From Candidatus Dormibacteria bacterium (lineage in GTDB: Bacteria > Chloroflexota > Dormibacteria > Aeolococcales > Bog-877), in assembly GCA_050734395.1 (NCBI GenBank), contig JBOHUK010000042.1:7023-71022 (forward strand): a DNA stretch of 64,000 bases. Direction: 5' to 3'. How positions within the stretch are numbered: the stretch's first letter is position 1; every line of letters starts with the position of its first letter. The notes under the pieces were generated by a model, which made no database searches, was not told where the DNA came from, and worked only from the letters and a program-made list of their open reading frames with translations. The translations under genes and the position numbers were made by a program. This document shows positions 39,219 through 48,946 of this stretch, one piece after another.

Positions 39219-39908
39219 ATGGGCATGGCACTCGTGCCGATGGTGATCGAGACCACCAATCGGGGTGAGCGGGCTTTCGACATCTACTCCCGGTTGCTCA
39301 AGGACCGGATCATCTTCATTGGCACCGCCATCGACGACCAGATCGCCAATCTGGTGATGGCGCAGATGCTCTACCTGGAGAGCGAGGACCCGGACCGGGA
39401 CATCAACCTCTACATCAACAGCCCGGGGGGCTCGGTGTCGGCCGGGCTCGCCATCTACGACACCATGCAGTACGTCAAACCCCGGGTGAGCACCTTCTGC
39501 ATGGGGCTGGCCGCCTCCTTCGCCTGCCTGCTGCTGGCGGGAGGGGAGAGGGGGCTGCGCTTCAGCCTTCCCAACACCCGGATCATGATGCACCAGCCCT
39601 CGGGGGGCTTCCAGGGTCAGGCGGCCGACATCCAGATCCAGGCCCAGGAGATCCTGCGCCTGCGCCGGATCCTCGACCAGATCCTGGCGCAGCACACCGG
39701 CAAGCCGGTGGAACAGATCACCAGGGACTCGGACCGGGACTTCTACATGTCCCCCGAGGAGGCGCTGGAGTACGGGCTGATCGACCACATCATCACCGGC
39801 CAGCGGCCGGCCGCCGCGGAGGCCTCGACCTCGAGGAATGGCTCATCGCCCCCAGAGGTGGCTGAAAAGCCGGCCGCCCAAGTGGAGAAGGCCGCCCCGG
39901 CCCGGTGA
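39219..39908 (+). CDS. clpP: ATP-dependent Clp protease proteolytic subunit
   Basis: [57 protein letters not shown] with the catalytic Ser in [10 protein letters not shown] (MGLAAS) and MHQPSGG. Confidence 0.95.
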   Translation: MGMALVPMVIETTNRGERAFDIYSRLLKDRIIFIGTAIDDQIANLVMAQMLYLESEDPDRDINLYINSPGGSVSAGLAIYDTMQYVKPRVSTFCMGLAASFACLLLAGGERGLRFSLPNTRIMMHQPSGGFQGQAADIQIQAQEILRLRRILDQILAQHTGKPVEQITRDSDRDFYMSPEEALEYGLIDHIITGQRPAAAEASTSRNGSSPPEVAEKPAAQVEKAAPAR

Positions 39909-39936
39909 GGGCGGGCCGCTAGCGCCAGGGCAGAGG

Positions 39937-40155
39937 ATGAGAGAGTCAGGCCCAGGTCGCGGCCGACCCCGGGGGATGCTCCGGCTGCGGCGGCTCGGGG
40001 CACCGGCGGAGCAGCGCTGCGCCTTCTGCGGCGCCTCGGCCCAGACCGTGGCCCTGGTGGCGGGGCGGCAGTCCGCCCAGGCGGTGATCTGCGCCACCTG
40101 CGTGCGTCGGGCGGCGCTGCAGTTGGGGGGCCCCGGCCCCGGAGACGCGGCGTGA
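39937..40155 (+). CDS. Stand-alone ClpX-type C4 zinc-finger (ZBD-like) small protein
   Basis: 72 aa containing CAFC-x20-CATC. The authentic ClpX N-terminus 3 nt downstream has CSFC-x18-CDQC in the same arrangement (C..C...VALVAG / VRKLIAGP...IC..C). The ATG is preceded by GGCAGAGG, and the stop overlaps the clpX GTG start (GTGA). Confidence 0.45.
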   Translation: MRESGPGRGRPRGMLRLRRLGAPAEQRCAFCGASAQTVALVAGRQSAQAVICATCVRRAALQLGGPGPGDAA

Positions 40156-41411
40156 CCGAGCGCGAGAGCCGCAGCCGCCAGACCCGCTGCTCTTTCTGCA
40201 ACAAGAGCCAGGAGCAGGTTCGCAAGCTGATCGCCGGCCCCGGCGTCTACATCTGCGACCAGTGCATCGAGCTCTGCCAGGAGGTGCTGGAGGAGGACTC
40301 GCGCTCCACCACCACCAAGCGCTCCCGCACCAGCGTCGTCCCCAACCCCGAGGCGATCTGGAACTCGCTCAACCAGTACGTGGTGGGCCAGGACCCGGCC
40401 AAGCGGGTCTTGGCGGTCGCGGTCTACAACCACTACAAGCGCATCAACCAGGCCCGGGAGGCGGGCGAGGTCGAGCTGCAGAAGTCGAACGTGCTGCTGG
40501 TCGGCCCGACCGGCTGCGGCAAGACCTATCTCGCCCAGACGCTCGCCCGCATCCTGGACGTGCCCTTCTCGATCGCCGACGCCACCTCGCTGACCGAGGC
40601 CGGCTACGTGGGCGAGGACGTGGAGAACATCCTGCTGCGCCTGATCCAGGCGGCCGACTTTGACATCGCCCGGGCGGAGCGGGGGATCATCTACATCGAC
40701 GAGATCGACAAGATCTCGCGCAAGTCCGACAACCCCTCGATCACCCGCGACGTCTCCGGGGAGGGGGTGCAGCAGGCCTTGCTCAAGATCCTGGAGGGAA
40801 CCGTCGCCAACGTCCCGCCCCAGGGTGGGCGCAAGCACCCCCACCAGGACTTCATCCAGATCAACACCGCCAACGTGCTCTTCGTCTGCGGCGGTGCCTT
40901 CGACGGCCTGGAGCGGATCATCGAGCGCCGGGTGGGACGGCGCTCGATCGGCTTCGGCAGCGAGCACCCCGCGTCCCGCAGCAAGGAGAGCACCAAGATC
41001 CTGCACGAGCTCCAGGCGCAGGACCTGCTCCGCTACGGCCTGATCCCGGAGTTCGTCGGCCGGCTGCCGATCATGGTCACCCTGGACGCCCTGGACGAGG
41101 ACGACGTGACTCGGATCCTCACCGAGCCCAAGAACGCCTTTGTCAAGCAGTACCAGAAATTTTTCGCCCTCGACGACGTCGAGCTGGTCTTCGAGGAGGC
41201 GGCGCTGCGAGCCATCGCCCGCAAGGCGCTGGCGCTCGGTACCGGCGCCCGCGGCCTCAAGAGCATCCTGGAATCTGTCCTGCTCAACAGCATGTTCCAG
41301 GTGCCCTCCCACCCCGAGATCAAGCGCTGCGTGATCAGCGAACGCACCATCCTCGAGGCGACTGAGCCGGAGCTGTTCCGCGATGAGGAGCCGCAGGCGG
41401 CGTCGGCCTAG
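40152..41411 (+). CDS. clpX: ATP-dependent Clp protease ATP-binding subunit ClpX
   Basis: N-terminal zinc-binding domain [26 protein letters not shown], Walker A GPTGCGKT, Walker [10 protein letters not shown], and [11 protein letters not shown]. Confidence 0.95.
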   Translation: MTERESRSRQTRCSFCNKSQEQVRKLIAGPGVYICDQCIELCQEVLEEDSRSTTTKRSRTSVVPNPEAIWNSLNQYVVGQDPAKRVLAVAVYNHYKRINQAREAGEVELQKSNVLLVGPTGCGKTYLAQTLARILDVPFSIADATSLTEAGYVGEDVENILLRLIQAADFDIARAERGIIYIDEIDKISRKSDNPSITRDVSGEGVQQALLKILEGTVANVPPQGGRKHPHQDFIQINTANVLFVCGGAFDGLERIIERRVGRRSIGFGSEHPASRSKESTKILHELQAQDLLRYGLIPEFVGRLPIMVTLDALDEDDVTRILTEPKNAFVKQYQKFFALDDVELVFEEAALRAIARKALALGTGARGLKSILESVLLNSMFQVPSHPEIKRCVISERTILEATEPELFRDEEPQAASA

Positions 41412-41653
41412 CCCAGCTATCCTGCGGAGCGGGGGGCCACCCCCAGGCGGGCGAGGCCAGCGGCCGGGCTCGCCGCCCACCTTCGTACTTCCACGGATGG
41501 GCGCTCGGTTGTCACCCGGGGGCAGCCGGACGGTCTTATGAGGCGCGGCTCCGACCCTCGGCGGCCCGGTTGGGTCGAGGCTGGCGGCACTTCCCGGTAG
41601 ACTTGGCCCGCGAGCGGCCGCGGGCCGGAATACCAACTCTGTCAGGGGCACGC
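41412..41653 (+). promoter_or_regulatory. Long GC-rich 5' leader of metE; candidate riboswitch (SAM- or cobalamin-responsive), not verified
   Basis: 242-nt untranslated gap before metE in an otherwise tightly packed region. It contains GGUCUUAUGAGGCGCGGCUCC...GGCGGC...CCGGUUGGG, reminiscent of SAM-I/IV core elements, but no confident covariation could be checked by eye. Confidence 0.2.
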
Positions 41654-43960
41654 ATGCCAATCGCCACCAACCTCGGTTACCCCCGCATCGGGCGCGACCG
41701 CGAGCTGAAGCGCAGCCTGGAGTCGCACTGGTCGGGACGGCTGGATGCCGCCGGACTGCTCGAGGCGGCTCGCCAAATCCGTCGCGACCGTTGGCGGGCG
41801 CAGCGCGAGGCGGGCCTCGACCACATCCCCAGCAACGACTTCTCGCTCTACGACCACGTCCTCGACACCGCCCTGCTGGTCGGGGCCATCCCCGAGCGCT
41901 TCGGCTGGGCGGGCGGGACCCCTGACCTGGAGCTGATGTTCGCCATGGCGCGGGGCCGGGAGGGCGAGCGCGAGGTCGCGCCCCTCGACATGACCAAATG
42001 GTTCGACACCAACTACCACTACCTGGTCCCCGAGCTGGGGCCTGATCAGGCCTTCACCCTGGTCGGCCGCAAGCCGGTCGAGGAGTTCGAGGAAGCACTG
42101 GAGCAGGGCATCCGCACCCGCCCGGTGCTTGTCGGGCCGGTGACGTTCCTGCGCCTCAGCCGGCCGGTCACGCCCGGCTTCTCCACGCTCGACCTCCTGG
42201 ACCGGTTGCTGCCCGTCTACCAGGAGCTTCTCTCCGAGCTGGCCCGGGCCGGGGCGGAGTGGGTTCAGATCGACGAGCCCTGCCTCAGTCAAGACCTGCC
42301 GGTCGAGGCGCTCGAGGCCCTGCGCCACGCCTACCACCGGTTGGCAGAGCCAGCCCCGGGTGTGCGTCTGCTCTTGGCCTCCTACTTCGCCAGCCTTGGC
42401 GCCAACCTGGAAGTCGCGGCGTCGCTGCCGGTGGACGCCCTGCACCTGGACCTGGTGCGCGGGCCTGATGACCTCGACCGGGCGCTGGAGCTGCTGCCCG
42501 ACGAGATGTCGCTGTCGCTGGGGGTGGTCGACGGCCACAACGTCTGGCGCACCGACCCCGACCCGGCCCTGGCCCGGTTGCGGCGGGCGGCAACTCAACT
42601 GGGCCCGGAGCGGGTCATGGTCGCCCCCGCCTGCTCACTGCTGCACGTCCCGGTCAGCCTCCAGGGGGAGGTGCGACTCGACCCCGAGGTGCGCTCCTGG
42701 CTGGCCTTCGCCGAGGAGAAGTGCGCCGAGATCGAACTGCTCGCGCGGGCGCTGAGCGACGCGGACGCTGCCGAGCCCGAGCTGGCCGCCCTGCGCCAGG
42801 CCCACCTCGATAGGCGGAGTTCGCGGCGGGTCACGTCGCCTGCGGTGCGGCGGCGCCTGGAGCAAGTGGACTCGGAGCAGCTGCTGCGGCCCGGCGACGG
42901 GCCCTCTAGGCGGCTGATCTGGCGGCGGGCGCACGAGATCTCGCTGCTCCCAACCACCTCGGTGGGCTCCTTCCCCCAGGTCCCGGAGCTGCGGCAGGCG
43001 CGTGCCCGCCTGCGGCGTGGCGAGATCCAGCAGCGGGACTACGACCAGCTCATCGAAAAGGAGATCCGGCGGGTGGTCTCCTTCCAAGAGGAGGTGGGGC
43101 TGGACGTGCTGGTCCACGGCGAGCCCGAGCGCAACGACATGGTCGAGTACTTCGCGGAGCACCTGGACGGGTTCGCCTGCACCACCCAGGGCTGGGTGCA
43201 GTCCTACGGCTCGCGCTGCGCCAAGCCCCCCGTGATCTTCGGCGACGTCTCCCGGCCGGAGCCGATCACGGTGCGCTGGGCCACGTATGCGCAGAGCTTG
43301 ACCAGCCGGCCCGTCAAGGGCATGCTGACCGGTCCGGTGACCATCCTGCAGTGGTCTTTCGTGCGCGACGACCTGGACCGCAGCCGGGTGTGCGCCCAGA
43401 TTGCCTTGGCCTTGCGCGACGAGGTCTCAGACCTCGAGCGCGCGGGCATCAGCGTGATCCAGATCGACGAGCCGGCGCTGCGCGAGGGACTGCCCATGCA
43501 CCGCAGCGAGCAGCCCGCCTACCTGCGCTGGGCGGTGGACGCCTTCCGGCTGATGGCGGCGGGCGCCGGTGCCGAGACCCAGGTGCACACCCACATGTGC
43601 TACTCCGAGTTCGGAGACATCATGGACGCCATCTCGGAGCTCGACGCCGACGTTCTCTACATCGAGGCGGCCCGATCGGGCATGAGCATGCTTGAGTTCC
43701 TGGAGGGGCACGGGTACGCCAACGAGGTCGGGCCGGGGGTCTACGACATCCACTCGCCGGTGGTGCCCGCCCGGGCGGAGATGGCGGCGCGCCTGCGCCA
43801 GGCGGTGGCGGCGCTGCCGCCGCAGCGGCTCTGGGTGAACCCCGACTGCGGCCTCAAGACCCGGGGCTGGGCGGAGATCGAGCCGGCCCTGCGCAACATG
43901 GTCGAGGCCGCCCGGGAGGTGGCCGAGGAGCAGGCCTCGATCACGGTCCACCCCTCCTAG
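41654..43960 (+). CDS. metE: 5-methyltetrahydropteroyltriglutamate--homocysteine methyltransferase (cobalamin-independent methionine synthase)
   Basis: MPIATNLGYPRIGRDRELKRSLESHW N-terminus, two UroD-like halves, and the C-terminal Zn-site region HMCYSEF....NPDCGLKTR. Confidence 0.95.
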   Translation: MPIATNLGYPRIGRDRELKRSLESHWSGRLDAAGLLEAARQIRRDRWRAQREAGLDHIPSNDFSLYDHVLDTALLVGAIPERFGWAGGTPDLELMFAMARGREGEREVAPLDMTKWFDTNYHYLVPELGPDQAFTLVGRKPVEEFEEALEQGIRTRPVLVGPVTFLRLSRPVTPGFSTLDLLDRLLPVYQELLSELARAGAEWVQIDEPCLSQDLPVEALEALRHAYHRLAEPAPGVRLLLASYFASLGANLEVAASLPVDALHLDLVRGPDDLDRALELLPDEMSLSLGVVDGHNVWRTDPDPALARLRRAATQLGPERVMVAPACSLLHVPVSLQGEVRLDPEVRSWLAFAEEKCAEIELLARALSDADAAEPELAALRQAHLDRRSSRRVTSPAVRRRLEQVDSEQLLRPGDGPSRRLIWRRAHEISLLPTTSVGSFPQVPELRQARARLRRGEIQQRDYDQLIEKEIRRVVSFQEEVGLDVLVHGEPERNDMVEYFAEHLDGFACTTQGWVQSYGSRCAKPPVIFGDVSRPEPITVRWATYAQSLTSRPVKGMLTGPVTILQWSFVRDDLDRSRVCAQIALALRDEVSDLERAGISVIQIDEPALREGLPMHRSEQPAYLRWAVDAFRLMAAGAGAETQVHTHMCYSEFGDIMDAISELDADVLYIEAARSGMSMLEFLEGHGYANEVGPGVYDIHSPVVPARAEMAARLRQAVAALPPQRLWVNPDCGLKTRGWAEIEPALRNMVEAAREVAEEQASITVHPS

Positions 43961-43976
43961 GCCTTTAGGGGCCGCG

Positions 43977-46580
43977 GTGGAGACCGCCTACCGTCCGGCG
44001 GCTGCGGAGGCCTACTGGCGGCGCCGCTGGGAGGAGCTGCACTTGGGAGCGGCCGATCCGCGCTCCCCCAAGCCGCCCTTCTCGGTCGCCTGCCCGCCGC
44101 CCAACATCACCGGGGTCTTGCACATGGGGCACGCACTCAACCTGGTGGTGCAGGACAGCCTCTGTCGCTACCAGCGGATGCGCGGCTACGAGGTGTGCTG
44201 GCTGCCCGGCACCGACCATGCCGCGATCGCCACCCAGAACGTGATCGAGCGCCAGCTCGCGGCGGAGGGGACCAGCAAGGAAGAGCTGGGCCGACCCGCC
44301 TTCCAGCTCCGGGTCGACGAGTGGTACCTCACCTACCAGGGCCGGATCCTCGAGCAGATGCGCGGGCTCGGGGCCAGCTGCGACTTCGCCAGGGAGCGCT
44401 TCACCATGGACCCGGAGTACGTGCGAGTGATCCGGACCGTCTTCGGGGAGCTGTTCCGCCAGGGACTCATTTACCGTGGACCCCGCATCGTCAACTGGTG
44501 CCCCCGTTGCCGCAGCGCCATCTCCGACGAGGAGGTCGACTACCAGGAGGACGAGGGCACCTTCTACGTGGTGCGCTACCCGCTGGTGGAGGGGGCGGGG
44601 GCGATCGAGGTCGCCACCACCCGGCCCGAGACCATCCTGGCCGACGTGGCGGTGGCGGTGGCGCCCCAGGACCCGCGCTATCGCGAGCTGGTGGGCCGGC
44701 GCGTCCGCGAGCCGCTGACGGGCAGGGAGATCCCGGTGATCGAGGATCAGGCCGTTGACCCTGCGCTTGGCACCGGGGCACTCAAGGTCACCCCCGGTCA
44801 CTCCGCCGACGACTACGAGGTCGGGCAGCGCCATGGCTTGGAGATCCTCACTGTGATCTCCCTGGAGGGGCGGATGGTGGCACCCGGGGTCCCGGAGTTG
44901 GACTCGCTACCCGTCGCCGAGGCTCGACCGGCCGCCGCCCAGCTGCTGAGCCAGCGGGGGCTGCTGGTGCGTGAGGAGCCGATCCGCCATCAGGTCGGGC
45001 ACTGCGACCGCTGCGGCACCGTGATCGAGCCCTTGGTCACGCCGCAGTGGTGGCTGCGGATGGAGGAGCTCGCCCGTCCGGCGGCCGCGGCGGTGGAGCA
45101 GGGACAGCTGCGCCTCCACCCGCCCCAGTACCGCGTCCAGTACCTGGCGTGGATCGAGGGCCTCCACGACTGGTGCATCAGCCGTCAGCTCTGGCTCGGC
45201 CACTCGATCCCGGTCAGCCGCTGCGCCAACGGGCACACCTTCGCCTGGGTCGACCCCCCGACCGTGTGCCCCGAGTGTCAAAACCAGGAGCTGAGCCACG
45301 ACCCGGACGTGCTCGACACCTGGTTCTCCAGCGCGCTCTGGCCGTTCGCGATCCTGGGCTGGCCCGACTCCAATGCGGCGCTGGAGCGCTTCTACCCGAC
45401 TGCGATTCTCAGCACCGCTCGCGACATCCTGGCCCTATGGGTCGCCCGGATGGTGATCATGGGGCTGCGCTTCACGGGCGAGGTCCCGTTCCGTGACGTG
45501 CTCTTTCACGCGACCATCCTCGGTAGCGACGGGGCGCGCATGGCCAAATCGCGGGGCAATGTGGTGGACCCGCTGGAGCTCGCGCAGCAGCATGGCGCCG
45601 ACGCCCTGCGCGCCTGGGGGGCGAGCGTGGCCATGGGCACCCAGGACTGCCGCTTCGACGAGACCAAGATCGAGGGGTTCGCGCGCTTCGCCAACAAGCT
45701 CTGGAACATGGTCCGGCTGCTGCAGCGCGCCCAGCCTGAGGGCCCAGAGGCGAAGATCCCCGAGCTCGCCGCCCCCGCGGCCGCGGAGTTGGAGCTGGCC
45801 GACCGCTGGGTGCTCTCCCGGCTGCAGGAGGTGACGGCCAAGGCGACCGCGGCATTCGAGGAGTTCGACCTGGGGGCGGTCATCAACGGGCTGTACGAGT
45901 TCACCTGGCATGAGGTCGCCGACTGGTATTTGGAGCTCGCCAAGCCGCGGCTGGAGGGAGGCTCAGCGGCGGCACTGTGGACCACGCGCCAGGTGCTTTG
46001 GCAGTTGCTGCAGCTGATCCACCCGGTCATGCCCTTCGTCACCGACAGCCTCGCCGAGCAGTTCAAGGACGCCCCGGCGACCCTGGACTTTGGCACCTGG
46101 CCTGAGCCCGACCCCACCCGGCGGGACCAGGCCGCGGAGGCGGCGATGTCGGGTTGCCGCGAGCTCATCTCCGGGCTGCGCCAGTGGCTGCAGTCGCTGG
46201 GCATCCAGAGTGGCCGGGGCGGCGACGGGGTCGCCTTCTTCGTCGAGCGTGCCGGTCCCGAGCTGGTTGCTCCCGAAGCCCGCGGGTACGTGAGCGCCCT
46301 GGCCGGGATCCGCTGGGCGGAGGTCACCGCTCCTGGAGTCCCGCTGGTCCTGGGGCGGACCAGCCTGCGGCTGGTGGCGGACGACATCGCCTCGGACCGC
46401 TGGCGGCAGGCGGTGGGGCGCCGGCTCGAGGAGGTTGAGGCCCAGCTCCAGAGGCTGGAGGGCCGCCTGGCGAGTGCCTTTGTCACCCAGGCGCCGGCCC
46501 CGGTGGTGGCCAGCGCGCGCGAGCGCCTCAGGGAGCTCCAGCAGCGCCGCGACCTGCTTCGCGGCGTGCTCGACAGCTGA
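43977..46580 (+). CDS. valS: Valine--tRNA ligase
   Basis: PPPNITGVLHMGHALN (HIGH), CPRC....C..C zinc region, RMAKSRGN (KMSKS variant), and a C-terminal coiled coil. 867 aa. Confidence 0.95.
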   Translation: METAYRPAAAEAYWRRRWEELHLGAADPRSPKPPFSVACPPPNITGVLHMGHALNLVVQDSLCRYQRMRGYEVCWLPGTDHAAIATQNVIERQLAAEGTSKEELGRPAFQLRVDEWYLTYQGRILEQMRGLGASCDFARERFTMDPEYVRVIRTVFGELFRQGLIYRGPRIVNWCPRCRSAISDEEVDYQEDEGTFYVVRYPLVEGAGAIEVATTRPETILADVAVAVAPQDPRYRELVGRRVREPLTGREIPVIEDQAVDPALGTGALKVTPGHSADDYEVGQRHGLEILTVISLEGRMVAPGVPELDSLPVAEARPAAAQLLSQRGLLVREEPIRHQVGHCDRCGTVIEPLVTPQWWLRMEELARPAAAAVEQGQLRLHPPQYRVQYLAWIEGLHDWCISRQLWLGHSIPVSRCANGHTFAWVDPPTVCPECQNQELSHDPDVLDTWFSSALWPFAILGWPDSNAALERFYPTAILSTARDILALWVARMVIMGLRFTGEVPFRDVLFHATILGSDGARMAKSRGNVVDPLELAQQHGADALRAWGASVAMGTQDCRFDETKIEGFARFANKLWNMVRLLQRAQPEGPEAKIPELAAPAAAELELADRWVLSRLQEVTAKATAAFEEFDLGAVINGLYEFTWHEVADWYLELAKPRLEGGSAAALWTTRQVLWQLLQLIHPVMPFVTDSLAEQFKDAPATLDFGTWPEPDPTRRDQAAEAAMSGCRELISGLRQWLQSLGIQSGRGGDGVAFFVERAGPELVAPEARGYVSALAGIRWAEVTAPGVPLVLGRTSLRLVADDIASDRWRQAVGRRLEEVEAQLQRLEGRLASAFVTQAPAPVVASARERLRELQQRRDLLRGVLDS

Positions 46581-46589
46581 GGTAGCTCC

Positions 46590-48341
46590 GTGCTCCCCGT
46601 CAGCGAGCTGCCCCCGCTGGCCCTGGTTATCCCGGCGGTGGCCTGCCTCGCCTGCACGGCCATCGGCCGCCCCTGGCCTCGGCATCCCGGGCGCTGGGCA
46701 CGCTGGGTCATGCGCTTCGGCCTGCTGCTCGCGCTCGCCTGCGTCGTCGCCCTGCTCAGCTCCCTGCGGCCCGCTGGAGTCCTGGACCTGACCCTGTGGC
46801 GTCTGGGGCCGACCTTGCCCATCACCCTGCAGGTGGAGGTGGGGGGCGCCACGATGGGCGTGCTGGTGCTCGCCGCCGCCCTGGTGGTGAGCTTCGCCGC
46901 CCGGGAGGCGCGGCCGCTGGCGTCAGCCGCGCTGGGGCTGGCCGCCCTGGGCGGGATGCTGGTCGCCTTCGCCGGCGACCTGATGGCGCTGTTCATCGGC
47001 CTGCAGCTCTCGGCGCTGGGCGGGATCACCCTCAGCTACGCCCGCCACCCGCGCGCGCCGAGCCGGCGGGTGCTGGCGGCGGCCTTGGTCGATCAGGCCC
47101 TGGCGCTGGTCTGGCTCGGCGCCGTGATGGTGGTGCTGCGGGGGTCGGGAACCTTGCGCCTGTCCGCAGTGCCCCCCTCCGAGATCACCCCCCTGATCGC
47201 GGGACTGCTCATCCTGCCGGGGGTGGTGCGGCTTGGCAGCTGCGGGCTGCTCAGCGGCCGGGCAGGTTCGGGGCACCTGGGGCGAGCCCGCTTGCTGGAC
47301 GTGGCGGACTGGTATACGGTCGTTGCCCTGCCCACCGGGCTGATGCTGCTGCTCCGCATCCAAGAGCTGGCGGGCGGGGCCTGGCCGGAGACCTGGTTTG
47401 GCACCTCCTTGGACCTGCTCGGCCTGGTGCTCGGCGTCGTGGCGGTCGGCTGGGTGCTGTACTCGAGGGACCCAGCTCCCGAGCTGCGGGCGCTACCCCT
47501 CGCCTGCCTGGCCCTGGTGCTGGCCGGCTTTGGCCAGAACTCGGCAACCGGGACCTTGCTCGCTCTGGCAGGCGCGCTCTTCCTGGAGCTGGCGGTGGCC
47601 TTCCTACCCCGGACCGCCCACGGCTTTCAGCTGTCCCCCAAGGCGCCCTACGCGATGAGGTCACTGGCACGCCTGCAGGCGGGAGTGGGCCGGCTGGCGC
47701 TGCTGCTGCCTTTCTCGCTCGGGGTGGGGGTGGGGGTGCTGGGGATGGGGCTCGCCCTGGGTGCGGGGGTGGAGAGCGGCCTGGCCCCGGCCGCCGCCTA
47801 CCTGGCTGGCCTGGCCGCCCTGGCGCTCTTGATACCCCGGGCGTGGGCGCAGGCCGGGCGCTGGGCGGGCAGCCCCGCCCTGCTGGTGCCGGCCTTGGGC
47901 CTGCTGGCGTCCGCTTTGGTCCCGGGGTGGGCGGTGATGGTCGGGGCGGCCGCGCTTCCCGCGGTGGGTAGCGGGGCCTCCGCCCTGAGCGCCCCCGATC
48001 CCCTGAGCCTGGCCGGGATGGGAACGATCTGGCCGGGGGGGTATCTGGCGCTGCTGGCGCTCATCCTCGCCGTGGCGGTGGCGGGGCTTCGCCTGGCTGC
48101 GGACCGCCCGCTCCCAACCCTTTTCCGCACCGCTCCCCGGGGCTCGCCGGCCAACCCGCCACCCTGGGTCCGGGAGTTGGTGCGGTGGCGGCCGCCGGCG
48201 CGCCTGCTCCCTGAGACAGCGAGCTGGTCCCGGCAGCTCCTCGGACTTGCCGACCGCGAGCTGGCCGAGCGGCCGGTCTGGCTCTGGGTGGGCGCAGCCG
48301 GGTTCGCCGCCTGGGCGGTGACCGAGCTCATCCGGCTGTGA
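46590..48341 (+). CDS. Hypothetical polytopic membrane protein A (about 14 TM); faint NuoL/MrpA-like resemblance
   Basis: 583 aa, Ala/Leu/Gly-rich with high GC3. The segment MALFIGLQLSALGGITLSYARHP weakly resembles the NuoL/MrpA motif FFGWEGVGLASYLLIGFW, but without the conserved charged residues. The GTG start is 10 nt after the valS stop. Confidence 0.4.
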   Translation: MLPVSELPPLALVIPAVACLACTAIGRPWPRHPGRWARWVMRFGLLLALACVVALLSSLRPAGVLDLTLWRLGPTLPITLQVEVGGATMGVLVLAAALVVSFAAREARPLASAALGLAALGGMLVAFAGDLMALFIGLQLSALGGITLSYARHPRAPSRRVLAAALVDQALALVWLGAVMVVLRGSGTLRLSAVPPSEITPLIAGLLILPGVVRLGSCGLLSGRAGSGHLGRARLLDVADWYTVVALPTGLMLLLRIQELAGGAWPETWFGTSLDLLGLVLGVVAVGWVLYSRDPAPELRALPLACLALVLAGFGQNSATGTLLALAGALFLELAVAFLPRTAHGFQLSPKAPYAMRSLARLQAGVGRLALLLPFSLGVGVGVLGMGLALGAGVESGLAPAAAYLAGLAALALLIPRAWAQAGRWAGSPALLVPALGLLASALVPGWAVMVGAAALPAVGSGASALSAPDPLSLAGMGTIWPGGYLALLALILAVAVAGLRLAADRPLPTLFRTAPRGSPANPPPWVRELVRWRPPARLLPETASWSRQLLGLADRELAERPVWLWVGAAGFAAWAVTELIRL

Positions 48342-48946
48342 TCGCCGCCGAGGCGCTGACGGCGGTGGGCTTTGCCGTCGGGGCGGTGGCCCTGTTCGCC
48401 AGCGGATTGCTGGGGGCGTCGCTCAGCGCGCTCTGTCTGGGCCTGGGGATGGGCGCCGTGGCCTCGCTGGCCGCGGGCGCTACGGGATTCATCACCCTCA
48501 GCTGTGTGGGCGCAGCCGGCGCCCTCGCTATATGGGTGGCGGAGAGGTTCCCGCGGATCCAGCCCGCGCCGCGGCTCCTTGGGCCCTCGCCCGCCACGGG
48601 CAAGCCGCGCGTGTTCGGGGAACGTGGCTTGCGGGCCCTCCTAGGAGGTGTGGGCCTCTTCACCGCCCGGCTGCTCTCCGGGCACCTGGCGGCGGGCACG
48701 GTGACCACCCAGGGTCCGGCGTTCGCCTGCCTGTTCGTGTTCGAGGTTGGCCTGATCTGGATCGGAACCGGGCGCGGCCCCCGGGACCTGGGCGTGGGCG
48801 GGCTCTGCGCCGGGATGGCTGCCGCGGCCTTCATCTGGCTCAGCCAGCCCGCCACCTCCCCGGGGCTGGCGCTGGTGGTGGCGGGGGTGCCCGCCGCCAT
48901 CCTGCTGGCCCTGGCCCACGCCACCCCCTGGGAGAGCCAGGCATGA
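48338..48946 (+). CDS. Hypothetical polytopic membrane protein B (about 7 TM)
   Basis: 202 aa. GTGA overlap with the upstream stop and ATGA overlap with the downstream start. One basic cytoplasmic loop (ERFPRIQPAPRLLGPSPATGKPRVFGERGLR). Confidence 0.35.
   Translation: MIAAEALTAVGFAVGAVALFASGLLGASLSALCLGLGMGAVASLAAGATGFITLSCVGAAGALAIWVAERFPRIQPAPRLLGPSPATGKPRVFGERGLRALLGGVGLFTARLLSGHLAAGTVTTQGPAFACLFVFEVGLIWIGTGRGPRDLGVGGLCAGMAAAAFIWLSQPATSPGLALVVAGVPAAILLALAHATPWESQA

Noticed and set aside
46796-47971. 391-aa + strand ORF (MASGADLAHHPAGGGGG...) inside the membrane-protein operon
   Set aside because: This alternate frame has an Arg/Gly/Pro-rich composition. The hydrophobic frame with high GC3 and the coupled stop/starts is the credible one.
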